From positions 320,001 through 384,000 of the forward strand of contig CAWFSF010000005.1 of the NCBI GenBank assembly GCA_963818475.1: DNA of 64,000 bases, in the 5' to 3' direction. The position numbers and the translations under genes are program-made. Positions 9,123 through 17,861 of the stretch are shown here, in pieces (the first letter of the stretch is position 1; the number at the start of each line of letters is the position of its first letter). Source of the DNA: Nitrospirota bacterium. GTDB taxonomy: Bacteria; Nitrospirota; UBA9217. The notes under the pieces are model-generated. The model ran no database searches and was not told the origin of the DNA. It worked only from the letters and a program-made list of their open reading frames with translations.

Positions 9123-11260
9123 ATGGCCTCCGCCAGCAGCTTTAAGGTAACATAATCCACTTTGCCGGTTCCCAGGAGCGGCAGCGAGTCCACCCTATGT
9201 ATTTTCCGGGGAACCGCAAGCTCCGGCACTCCGAGCTTACGGACCGATTCGACAAGTGCTTCGCGGGTGAGCGCGACGGCGGTAGTAAACAGCACGATCG
9301 CCTCGCCTCGTGCGCCGTCCGGTTGTGTAGATACACCATGCATTGCTCCGGGTGCAGCCAGGTTTGCCGCCCGTTCGACGACTTCCAAGGATACCATTTC
9401 GCCTGCCACTTTGGCAAAGCGTTTTACGCGGCCAACGATGGAGAGGTACCCCTCGTTGTCGACGGTAACGATGTCGCCGGTCTCGTACCAACCATCGCCT
9501 GCTTTTGTAGCCGTAGGCTCAAGCTTGCCTGGTGCCTCGTACCGGTAGTAACCCGACATCAGGTTTGGTCCGCGCACGGACAGCATGCCGCCCGTTGTGA
9601 TCCCCGGGACCGGCTCCAGACGGTATTCGACGGCAGGCAGGAACTGTCCAACTGTGTCCGTTCTGTAGGCCATGGGTGTGTTGACGGCCAGAACCGGCGC
9701 AGTCTCCGTTGCCCCGTACCCTTCCAGGATGCGAATACCGAATTTCTCGAACCAATGCGTGCGTACTGACTCGGACAGTTTTTCTGCGCCGGCGACCACA
9801 TACCGGAGCCGATAAAAATCGTAAGGGTGTGCATACTTGGCGTAATTCGACAAAAACGTACCCGTGCCGAAGAGAATGCTGCACCCACGATCATAAGCGA
9901 TCTCGGGGATCACCCGGTAATGCAGGGGGGATGGGTAGAGAAAAAGGTTCATTCCCGTCATGATGGGCAAAAGCGCACCTGCGGTCAGGCCGAAGGAGTG
10001 AAAGATCGGCAGCGCGTTCAGCACCTTGTCATCGCTTGAGAAATCGATGACCGAACGGATCTGCGCGATATTGGCCAGCAGGGCTCTGTGGGAAAGTACG
10101 ACGCCCTTGGGCCTTCCTTCCGATCCGGACGTGAACAGAACGACAGCCGCGCTCTCGGGGTCTCCGTTTTTTTCGACCGCTCCCGGCAGCAGCATGCTTT
10201 TCAGTATCCAAAGTTTGTCACCCAGACCGATCTCCTGCTTGAGATCCTCAACGTACAAGATAGAAACATCCTGCAACGCTGCAATATCCCCTCCGATCTT
10301 TGCCTGCTCGATGAAGGCCCTTGATGCGAATATCGTTTTGATTCGGGCTGCTATGCAGGCATCCCGCATTCCCGAAGCTCCGGCCTTGTAATTCAGCATC
10401 GCAGGGACGCGGCCCAGGGCACTGGCGCCGATAAGCATGCCGACCGTTGCGGCAAGGTTCGGCATCAGGATCCCGACACACTCGCCGGGGGCACTGCGTT
10501 TTGCTATGAGACGTCCCAGGGCAAGGGTCATCTTGAGCAGGTCCGCGTAAGAATACTCGACTTGTTTCAGGTCCTCCACGATACGGCGGCGACGACCATG
10601 GATCGACATGGCGTTCAGCAGTCCTGCATAGAGAGTCTGCTTCGGCCGGGATTCGCAAAGCATCTTCTGCATGACGCGGCGCATTGCCTCTCCAGCCATG
10701 TGCCTCCGAGACCGTGCCGTGCCGCCTTCGGTCATCGTAAGCTTGGTCGGTGCCTGTATAGAAAGCGTGACTCGGGGAAAGAGTCTGCGCGGCTGCTGTT
10801 TCGAAAGACGGCTGAACCAGGACCGTGCAGGACCGTCGAGCCGCACCGGAAGGATCGTAGCACCTGTTTTCGCGGCCACGAATGCGGGGCCATCATAGAC
10901 CTTCATTAAGGACCCGGTCACGGTGATCCTGCCCTCGGGGAAAATCACAACGGGTCGTCCCTCTTCTATCAGTTTAATCACCTTCTTCACGGCCATGGGA
11001 TTGGTGGGATCCACGGCGAGATGGTCAACCTGGCTTAGCACCATCCGGAAGAATCGGTTGCGCGTTATGCCGGTATGCACCACGAAAACGGGATCAAAAG
11101 GGAGATAGAGTCCAAGGAAAAGACCATCCAGGAAGGATTCGTGGTTTGCGATGATCATCAAACGCGAAGAATCCACCTTGCCGGAAAACCCCTCGACTCT
11201 TACCCGAAAGAGTACCCGGAACAGCCATGAGAGTGTCCAACGAACTAATTTTCTTACCAT
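9119..11260 (-). CDS. aas: Bifunctional 2-acyl-GPE acyltransferase / acyl-ACP synthetase Aas
   Basis: PlsC motifs NHESFLD and IFPEGR; AMP-binding FTSGSEGRPKGV, EGYGATE, GRVKRFAKVAGEM. Confidence 0.95.
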   Translation of the reverse strand: MVRKLVRWTLSWLFRVLFRVRVEGFSGKVDSSRLMIIANHESFLDGLFLGLYLPFDPVFVVHTGITRNRFFRMVLSQVDHLAVDPTNPMAVKKVIKLIEEGRPVVIFPEGRITVTGSLMKVYDGPAFVAAKTGATILPVRLDGPARSWFSRLSKQQPRRLFPRVTLSIQAPTKLTMTEGGTARSRRHMAGEAMRRVMQKMLCESRPKQTLYAGLLNAMSIHGRRRRIVEDLKQVEYSYADLLKMTLALGRLIAKRSAPGECVGILMPNLAATVGMLIGASALGRVPAMLNYKAGASGMRDACIAARIKTIFASRAFIEQAKIGGDIAALQDVSILYVEDLKQEIGLGDKLWILKSMLLPGAVEKNGDPESAAVVLFTSGSEGRPKGVVLSHRALLANIAQIRSVIDFSSDDKVLNALPIFHSFGLTAGALLPIMTGMNLFLYPSPLHYRVIPEIAYDRGCSILFGTGTFLSNYAKYAHPYDFYRLRYVVAGAEKLSESVRTHWFEKFGIRILEGYGATETAPVLAVNTPMAYRTDTVGQFLPAVEYRLEPVPGITTGGMLSVRGPNLMSGYYRYEAPGKLEPTATKAGDGWYETGDIVTVDNEGYLSIVGRVKRFAKVAGEMVSLEVVERAANLAAPGAMHGVSTQPDGARGEAIVLFTTAVALTREALVESVRKLGVPELAVPRKIHRVDSLPLLGTGKVDYVTLKLLAEAI

Positions 11261-11327
11261 GTTTCCTCCTGGTCGGGATAATGTACGTGATCTTTAATTC
11301 GTGAGACCCGACCGAAAATCAAATGTC

Positions 11328-12431
11328 TTAATAGGTGGCGATGGGTTCCTGGTCATGAATGCTACTATGCGATTTATGAGACGCTAAACATCCTGCTGCA
11401 CTGGTAAAGATCTCCGGTGTCACACCTAATGCTTTCTTGAGCGCCACATCACGGTCCCAGGGATTGGTAATCCGTGCGATAGTGATCATCTGCCGGAACG
11501 AAAGCAGGAACGGAAAGGCAAAAGAAGATACGATGCCGGTGTTGATAAGCGGCATATCAGTGCCGTAAAGAAGGCGGCCCTTCAGCTCTTGCTGCTTCAG
11601 AACACGCTGCAGTCGGCCGAGCCGGTTGATCTGCGTAAGGGAAGAGATATCGCCGTAGAGGTTGGGGTACTCGCGGCATAGACGGATAAAGCGATCATAA
11701 TTCGATTCCCCGTGACTGTGGCCGCTGCATGCGCTATGGGCTGCGATCACGGTCACTCCCAGGCTAAGGGGAAGGCGCAGCAGTTCCGGATCTCCCAACT
11801 CATCCTTCGACCTGGTAAAGGTCCGCTCCTCTCCCGTATGCGTAAGGAGCGGCAGGCCAAGGTCCTTGAGCCTCAGATAGAACGCAATGAGCCGTGGATC
11901 TGAGGGATCGATATTCTGGATCGGCGGCAACCATTTGACTAACACGGCCCCGTCTCGTGCCGCTTTCTCCAGGCGCTGGATAGCGTCCTTGCGATAGGGA
12001 TTGATGCTTGCACCGAAGAGGAGATTAGGATATTTCCGGATCTCTGTTGCAACAAAGTCGTTCGGGATGTACAGTTCCGTTTGCTGTAAATCGAGTTCGC
12101 CATTTTCTCCCACTACGCCGTCAATCGCTAAAACTACAGCAGAGGAAACAGACTGGGATCTAGAAAGGCTCTCTGATAGGCGTTTCAGGATCAAACCATC
12201 CCCTTCGCGAAGGAGGTCCTTCTCGGTAACGCCGAAGGACTTCAAGAATAGACGATACTTCCAACTACGCCGGATCGGTTCTGAGACAAAGCAGCCGCTC
12301 CCCCCTGCGCCGATACCGGCTACATGACAGTGCATGTCGATGACGCTTTGGCTTGCGTCAACAGTCGAGCAGAACCCGGCCAATGTTAGAACTAAACTTG
12401 AAATAGTAAATTTCCTCATTAAGATCCTCAT
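11328..12431 (-). CDS. Amidohydrolase_2-family metal-dependent hydrolase, possibly exported
   Basis: IDMHCH, LLTHTG, IAAH, LYGTDMP; hydrophobic N-terminus. Confidence 0.85.
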   Translation of the reverse strand: MRILMRKFTISSLVLTLAGFCSTVDASQSVIDMHCHVAGIGAGGSGCFVSEPIRRSWKYRLFLKSFGVTEKDLLREGDGLILKRLSESLSRSQSVSSAVVLAIDGVVGENGELDLQQTELYIPNDFVATEIRKYPNLLFGASINPYRKDAIQRLEKAARDGAVLVKWLPPIQNIDPSDPRLIAFYLRLKDLGLPLLTHTGEERTFTRSKDELGDPELLRLPLSLGVTVIAAHSACSGHSHGESNYDRFIRLCREYPNLYGDISSLTQINRLGRLQRVLKQQELKGRLLYGTDMPLINTGIVSSFAFPFLLSFRQMITIARITNPWDRDVALKKALGVTPEIFTSAAGCLASHKSHSSIHDQEPIATY

Positions 12432-12455
12432 GTTTACGTCAGTCCCCTAATCTAT

Positions 12456-12471
12456 TTCAAGTTGTGTGCCA
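12456..12471 (-). promoter_or_regulatory. Sigma54 (-24/-12) promoter for amidohydrolase-aas-lplT
   Basis: Minus strand TGGCAC-ACAAC-TTGAA versus consensus TGGCAC-N5-TTGCW; 25 bp before the ORF and opposite a bEBP gene. Confidence 0.7.
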
Positions 12472-12553
12472 GCGACGAGCCACCAGCTATCATCATGAAA
12501 TGCTGTGCTTTTATTGTTGTCCACCGGCGTTGGTACAGGTTTAGATATTTAAA

Positions 12554-12583
12554 TTGACATAAATTGCACACATCATATACAAT
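12554..12583 (+). promoter_or_regulatory. Sigma70 promoter of the bEBP gene (probably leaderless)
   Basis: TTGACA-18-TACAAT, ATG 6 nt downstream, no SD. Confidence 0.6.
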
Positions 12584-12589
12584 AAATGC

Positions 12590-14080
12590 ATGAAAGATAT
12601 CCAGCCAATATCCAAAGAAGAATGGACCTTTTTCGAGACTGTCGCCAGCGCCGCTTTTGCCAATCCCTTTGGCGAAAGACGTGACAGCTTGGACCGCAGC
12701 ATCGGAGGCGTTGGTGTCGATTCAACGGGCACGGAAATTATTCAGGCTGTAGTGGACCGCGTAGCGGCCCGCATGAAAGAGATAACAAGGAAAGGAAAGG
12801 CCGACCTGCGACAGTACGAGGGCAGTCGCCGCGAGCTGATTCGCCGTGTATTCTTATTCCACGTTTTCCACAGCTACACTGATCAGTTCGATGAGTTGAT
12901 TCAAGTCCAGGTGAAGAACGGTGACGTGCCCTGCCGCGTTGAGTTTTCTGACAAGGCATTGAGCGAGCTGCGTGCATTCGGGTTTTCAGAAGCAGATAGT
13001 CTGCGCTACTTTGCGGTGTTCTACCAGTTGCGCAGGGCGTATTACTTCATACGGAACGGCCTTGTCGGCAATTCTCCCTCCATGAAAGCTTTGCGGAAAC
13101 ACCTCTGGAACTGCGTCTTTACCCATGACATGAGCTGGTTCGAGGCGCGGCTCTGGAACCGGATGGAGGATTTCTCCATATTACTTCTGGGGGAGACAGG
13201 GACAGGCAAGGGTTCTGCTGCTGCGGCCATAGGACGGTCCGGATTCATTCCCTTCGATACGGGGAAAAAATGCTTCACCGAAACCATCAACCGAAACTTC
13301 GTCGCCATTAACCTTTCCCAATATTCGGAAGGCGTGCTGGAATCGGAACTGTTCGGCCACAAGAAAGGGGCATTCACCGGGGCTGTGGACAACCACGAAG
13401 GATTATTTAGCCGGTGCGCTCCCCATGGTACGATCTTCCTGGACGAGATCGGCGATGCGAGCATCCCGGTACAGATCAAGCTGCTTCAGGTGCTGCAAGA
13501 GCGGGTGTTTTTCCCCGTCGGGAACCACGAGGCACGGCGGTTTAGCGGCAGGATCATTGCAGCAACTAACAGGCAGTTGGATAAACTCCGGCGGGACGGC
13601 AAGTTCCGGGATGACCTCTACTTTCGCCTCTGCTCAGATGAGGTCGTTCTCCCGACCTTGCGGCAACGGTTCCAGGAGGATCCGCGCGAACTGGACCTCC
13701 TGCTCGAGAGCATTCTCTCTCGCCTCTACGGGGAGACGTCATCATCGAGAGTCGAGTCGCTGCAACATATCCTGCTACGCGACGTCGGAGCCGATTACCA
13801 GTGGCCGGGAAATGTGCGGGAATTGCAGCAGGCGGTAAAGAGGATTATCCTTACGGGAAGATACCAGGGGGAACAGGACCAGAGAAAAAGAGATGCAGCT
13901 GTGGCTAACAGTTTGACCGCTGGAATAACTGATTGCTCGTTCGACGCAGAGACACTTCTGGCTGAGTACTGCGCTTCGATTTACGAACGGTATGAGACCT
14001 ACGAGGAGGTTGCCAGAATAACGAAGCTGGACAGACGCACTGCTAAGAAATACGTCCAGATGGGATTTAAAAAGCCATAG
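12590..14080 (+). CDS. Sigma54-dependent transcriptional activator (bEBP) with an unrecognised N-terminal domain
   Basis: Walker A GETGTGKG, ESELFGH.KGAFTGA, Walker B IFLDEIGD, WPGNVREL, C-terminal HTH. Confidence 0.93.
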   Translation: MKDIQPISKEEWTFFETVASAAFANPFGERRDSLDRSIGGVGVDSTGTEIIQAVVDRVAARMKEITRKGKADLRQYEGSRRELIRRVFLFHVFHSYTDQFDELIQVQVKNGDVPCRVEFSDKALSELRAFGFSEADSLRYFAVFYQLRRAYYFIRNGLVGNSPSMKALRKHLWNCVFTHDMSWFEARLWNRMEDFSILLLGETGTGKGSAAAAIGRSGFIPFDTGKKCFTETINRNFVAINLSQYSEGVLESELFGHKKGAFTGAVDNHEGLFSRCAPHGTIFLDEIGDASIPVQIKLLQVLQERVFFPVGNHEARRFSGRIIAATNRQLDKLRRDGKFRDDLYFRLCSDEVVLPTLRQRFQEDPRELDLLLESILSRLYGETSSSRVESLQHILLRDVGADYQWPGNVRELQQAVKRIILTGRYQGEQDQRKRDAAVANSLTAGITDCSFDAETLLAEYCASIYERYETYEEVARITKLDRRTAKKYVQMGFKKP

Positions 14081-14107
14081 CAAGTTTTGTCGGTAGAGCT
14101 ATAAATA

Positions 14108-14255
14108 TGTCGTATCAAGAAACAATTAAGTCGCTTGAAATATAGTATATAACCTATTGATTTTTGGCTCTCCAAAAAAACGCTTAAAAGCGCGAAGTCA
14201 CCGGCTTTCCCGACTACAAACAATAAAGTCGTCAAAATCGCAAACAATTAAGTCG
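14108..14255 (+). repeat. Left end: three putative transposase-binding sites
   Basis: AAACAATTAAGTCG 14120-14133, AAACAATAAAGTCG 14218-14231, AAACAATTAAGTCG 14242-14255. Confidence 0.78.
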
Positions 14256-14451
14256 GCCCTTTTTTTGCTTTGGACGAAGCTCGCAATAAGAACAACCTCG
14301 TCGACTTCACCTACAAACCCGCATTTCCAGACAGACGAAACACTTGTCGAATTCTGTTTATAGCTTGCACATGAACGCCTAAAGGTACGGCGTGGTTGAA
14401 ATCATCATGTTGGGTTTCGCCGTGATCTACGCGGCCTATTTGTTTTGCGGC

Positions 14452-15123
14452 TCACTTATGGGCTACAAATAAGGCATAGCTTCCGACTACGTCCACAGAA
14501 TATGTCGCAAAATTGGCGGCTAATATCCTTTCTAGATCATCAGCGTTATCTTGCAGATTGCTGAAAACCGAAAGCTTATTATATAGGGGATTGGCGTGCC
14601 GGAAGAGAAAACCAGCATCAACCCCCTGGCCGAGAACGGTAGCGCCAAAAAATACTCCGCCTTTATTCAGGAAACGATTAAGGTTCCTAAAAACGATTTC
14701 CTTGCCCAGCATACTGCCGGGAAGACAGTGGAGGAAATTCGCGGCGCCGATAGAATTGAAGATCGGCATATCCCCAGGATAGGGTTCCAGCACGTTCCAG
14801 TGGTGGGCGACGGAATGGTATCTGCTGATTCGGCCGGATGCTTTTTTCAGAGAATTGGTATTCAGGTCCATCAGGTGGACGATCGGATGGGCGACCGGGA
14901 ATCGGCACTTATCAAGAAAATAACCGGAGCCGACGCCTACATCGAGATGCATATCCGAGACATGCTTATTGTAAAGATCGAGTATTTTTTTAGCGGAACA
15001 TTTAAAAATGCACTGCATTTCTAAAATCAGGACTTCCCAATCATAGATAGACAAAAGGAAATTAGAGTATACGGCGGCGCCTGCAATTGCCTCCTTTGAT
15101 GCTGGAATGTCTTTTTGGACCAT
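14452..15123 (-). CDS. Class I SAM-dependent methyltransferase (cassette gene)
   Basis: HLDVGVGSGYFL, LMDLN.NSL, FLHCLPG, GVFFGATVLG, FSN..D. Confidence 0.87.
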   Translation of the reverse strand: MVQKDIPASKEAIAGAAVYSNFLLSIYDWEVLILEMQCIFKCSAKKILDLYNKHVSDMHLDVGVGSGYFLDKCRFPVAHPIVHLMDLNTNSLKKASGRISRYHSVAHHWNVLEPYPGDMPIFNSIGAANFLHCLPGSMLGKEIVFRNLNRFLNKGGVFFGATVLGQGVDAGFLFRHANPLYNKLSVFSNLQDNADDLERILAANFATYSVDVVGSYALFVAHK

Positions 15124-15147
15124 CACTTCTCCTTTGCAGCTATATGG

Positions 15148-15205
15148 TTTCAACACGCGAGTGAGCCGCGTGTTTTTCGCGGCCTACTCTAACCGCTTGT
15201 TGGAT
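15148..15205 (-). mobile_element. Integron attC site
   Basis: Minus strand ATCCAAC AAGCGGTTAGAGTAGGCCGCG AAAAA CACGCGGCTCACTCGCGT GTTGAAA, between glycosyltransferase and methyltransferase. Confidence 0.75.
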
Positions 15206-15254
15206 CATGCCGTCTATTTTCAGCTTTTATGAGACGGCCATGATAACAACTTCA

Positions 15255-16526
15255 TCAGGAAAAGAATCGCTTCTCTATCAGTTCGATAGCTTTTATAATT
15301 CCATTTTCCTTTTGCATCATCGCGCTGAGTTCTTCAGCTCTCTTTTTCATATTAGGATCGTCAAGAACTGTTCTTATGGCCTGGCCCAACTTGCGTGCCG
15401 TTATCTTTCTTCTGTGAAGCACATTTGTGGCAACACCCAGGCGCTGTAATTCGTTTGCATAAAAAGTCTGATCTCCAAAATGTTCAATGACAACCGATGG
15501 ACAGCCGTGAAGCAGTGCAGAATGAGTCGTACCCGCACCGCCGTGATGAACTACCGCGGAACAATAGGGAAAAATATATTGATGAGGCACGTTCTGGATC
15601 TTATATATATCGGGATAGTTGGGAAAGTCACGAAGTTCGTCCCACCGGGATTGGACAATGGCCCGGCATCCCGCAGACAATGCGCCCTGAACCAGGATTT
15701 TAGTAGTTATGTCCGGCGATGCGTCGAGAGAAAACATGCTGCCCAACGTTATAAAAACCGGTGGAGCGCCTGCTTCCAGAAACTGCTTCAAATTGCCAGG
15801 CATGGTCCATTTTTCAGCTGTGTTCGGGACAGTGAATACGCCACAAACATGATGATAGTCGGGCCAGTCCGGCTGTTTACGTCCGATTGCAGAAGTTTCG
15901 GCAACAAGGTTCAATTCTCTTGATATCCACACGGTATCTGCAATTTTCGAGGCTGGCGACAACCCAATCCTTTTTCTCAATTTATTCACTTCTAAACCGA
16001 TTGTACGATCTACTAAGTAATTAAACAATTTCCACCAAAAAGGGTTCATCCATTTCCCGAAATTGGGAACCCCAAAAATTGGGGTGTGCTTTGAATAGAT
16101 CCCGGCGTGGTTAAGCATCACGCTTGCGTAAGGCCTGTGCGCTTTTTCAGCAGCAGCTTGCACAGGGTAGTGGAGGAAGTGCCCAATGATTACGTCATTT
16201 TCGAGACAAAGCCGCTCTGCTGCGTCAAACATTTCCAATATAAGAGGATTAAAATAATACTCCAAGATAAGTTCAATTTGCTTGAGGGAATTAGGTGCTC
16301 CGATTATTTTGTCTTGAAAAAGACGAATTGTTTTATCATCATAGGTCAGCTTACCGATGTGTGATAAGGCAAAATTCATTTCTCTTCCGTAAGAGCTGTA
16401 ATCCTTGTTATCCACGCTCGTTACGACCATCGAAACGTCATGACCTCTGGTACGTAAGCCGCCTGCCAACGCAAGCAACGGGCGGATGTCACCATCACTG
16501 CCCCACGTTTGCAATCCGATCTTCAT
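15255..16526 (-). CDS. GT-B glycosyltransferase, family 1 (sterol/EryCIII-like), cassette gene
   Basis: MKIGLQTWGSDGDIRP, GHDV, ITLGS, HHGGAGTT, GDQ; true start follows the attC and an RBS. Confidence 0.9.
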   Translation of the reverse strand: MKIGLQTWGSDGDIRPLLALAGGLRTRGHDVSMVVTSVDNKDYSSYGREMNFALSHIGKLTYDDKTIRLFQDKIIGAPNSLKQIELILEYYFNPLILEMFDAAERLCLENDVIIGHFLHYPVQAAAEKAHRPYASVMLNHAGIYSKHTPIFGVPNFGKWMNPFWWKLFNYLVDRTIGLEVNKLRKRIGLSPASKIADTVWISRELNLVAETSAIGRKQPDWPDYHHVCGVFTVPNTAEKWTMPGNLKQFLEAGAPPVFITLGSMFSLDASPDITTKILVQGALSAGCRAIVQSRWDELRDFPNYPDIYKIQNVPHQYIFPYCSAVVHHGGAGTTHSALLHGCPSVVIEHFGDQTFYANELQRLGVATNVLHRRKITARKLGQAIRTVLDDPNMKKRAEELSAMMQKENGIIKAIELIEKRFFS

Positions 16527-16535
16527 CTTTTTCTC

Positions 16536-16596
16536 CTGTAACGCGCGGATAAGACGCGATACCTCTCCGCGTCGTCCTCGATCCGCATCGTTAGAA
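16536..16596 (-). mobile_element. Integron attC site
   Basis: Minus strand TTCTAAC GATGCGGATCGAGGACGACGCGG...CGCGTCTTATCCGCGC GTTACAG; starts 3 bp after the DUF4386 stop and is followed by GGAG-ATG. Confidence 0.82.
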
Positions 16597-16599
16597 TCA

Positions 16600-17325
16600 T
16601 CATGAGGATTCACTTCGTTCTATCCGACCTGCCGACTTGGAAGCGATTGCAGTAGGATTGAATCCTTTAACGATCAGCCATATTGACATAACCAGTTCTT
16701 GCAAGCCTATTGGAGGCGCAAAATAAGCCATGGCCTTCATCAATGGCATAGCACCGAATATATCGAACATGTGTAACAATGCACCTATTGATAAAAGAAC
16801 AGCTGCCAAAAACCCCCAACCTGATAGCCAACGAGGAATAAGCTTGGATTTAAATAGTAAATAGTAAAACAGAATAGCGCCTAAAGTATAAACGATTATA
16901 TAAAGCAGCGTGGCCCATTCTGTTCTTGCGTGAATTGAATTACCCAATACTTGGAAATATGAATCAGGCGGAGCTCCTGAGTGTAAATAGTCCTGACTTA
17001 AACTGATAAGTGACAGTGAGTTGATAGTGAGAAAAATATGGAGAACGCCCTCGAGGAGCCTGAAAACAACATACCCAAGCGCTATTCTTTCATTAAATAT
17101 TTTAAACAGGGGAAACAACATGATTGGAATCAGAATCATGGCAGGAGCACAAATGAAATCAAGTAGTATTCCTATTTTCACCGGAATTTTATTTGGATAT
17201 ACATTAACAATATAGTCCGGAGCATTGAGAATGGGTCGATAAATATTTGAAGCCACAATATTAAAGACAAGCGCAATTAGAAATAATACTCCTACACTTA
17301 TTGCGGTTTTTCTGTATGAATTCAT
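16600..17325 (-). CDS. DUF4386-family membrane protein (cassette gene)
   Basis: RKTAISVGVLFL, ALGYVVFRLLEG, SKLIPRWLS.WG, E...IWLIVKGFN. Confidence 0.85.
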   Translation of the reverse strand: MNSYRKTAISVGVLFLIALVFNIVASNIYRPILNAPDYIVNVYPNKIPVKIGILLDFICAPAMILIPIMLFPLFKIFNERIALGYVVFRLLEGVLHIFLTINSLSLISLSQDYLHSGAPPDSYFQVLGNSIHARTEWATLLYIIVYTLGAILFYYLLFKSKLIPRWLSGWGFLAAVLLSIGALLHMFDIFGAMPLMKAMAYFAPPIGLQELVMSIWLIVKGFNPTAIASKSAGRIERSESS

Positions 17326-17347
17326 TATTTCTCCTTTTTGTTCTTAC

Positions 17348-17467
17348 GTATAATCTCGGCGGTAAGCAGCCAGCCCCTGCAGGGGCGATCCGGCCGTCGG
17401 AACGCGAAGCGCTGAGGGAACCTGCAAGCCCAGCTTGCAGTTGGTCCGGTTGACCGAGAGATTAGGC
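17348..17467 (-). mobile_element. Long attC site with variant AAT/ATT cores
   Basis: Minus strand GCCTAAT CTCTCGGTCAACCGGACC AACTGCAAGCTGGGCTTGCAG...GCTTCGCG...GCTGCTTACCGCCGAG ATTATAC; the upstream ORF stop TAA lies inside R''. Confidence 0.75.
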
Positions 17468-17680
17468 CACGACACCAGGGGCATTAACGACACTCAGCAA
17501 CCACTGGCCTTGCGTGCCAGCGAGGTACTCGTTCCGATATTGGCAAAAGGCCGGATCCAGCGTCGATAGGGACGCCGCCGACCTTCCATAAGCAACTGAT
17601 GGATCTATGCTTTGAACCTTGGTATCCACCCGGAATGCGGGACACTTTTCGTTCCAAATGAAGCGCGTTCCAGGAGTCAC
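17462..17680 (-). pseudogene. Short or remnant cassette ORF
   Basis: 72-aa frame ending within the attC R'' box; no recognisable product. Confidence 0.35.
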
Positions 17681-17746
17681 GAATATGCCGGTTAAGTAGG
17701 AGAGACTCCGATCAGCCTGCGGCTCTTTCCAACGTGCTTAATTTGG

Positions 17747-17855
17747 AACTTAATTGTTTGTCTAAAATAAACTAGAGGGAGTTTTTAGATGACTTAATTG
17801 TTTAACGATGACTTAATTGTCTAAGTTACGACTTAATTGTTTCTCCATAGAGGCA
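17747..17855 (-). repeat. Right end: four putative transposase-binding sites
   Basis: + strand AACTTAATTGTTT 17747, GACTTAATTGTTT 17791, GACTTAATTGTCT 17810, GACTTAATTGTTT 17830 (19-20 bp spacing), terminus ...GGCA at 17855. Confidence 0.8.
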
Positions 17856-17861
17856 AAATCC

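Larger units (their letters stand above)
14108..17855. mobile_element. Non-autonomous Tn7/Tn5053-like mini-transposon (about 3.75 kb) carrying integron cassettes
   Basis: Left end TGTCGTATCAAGAAACAATTAAGTCG, right end (rc) TGCCTCTATGGAGAAACAATTAAGTCG; repeated AAACAATWAAGTC sites at both ends in inverted orientation; flanks AAATA/AAATC; no transposase. Confidence 0.7.

Noticed and set aside
16527-16613. N-terminal extension of the glycosyltransferase
   Set aside because: It runs through the attC; the RBS and family start are at 16526
17727-17733. GTTGGAA (minus strand) just inside the right end as an attI core
   Set aside because: The position is suggestive, but a 7-mer without a recognisable L box cannot be supported
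17737-17842. GACTTAATTGT repeats as a CRISPR array or plasmid iterons
   Set aside because: Units are about 13 bp with 6-7 bp gaps, there is no cas or rep gene, and inverted partners at 14120-14255 fit transposon ends better
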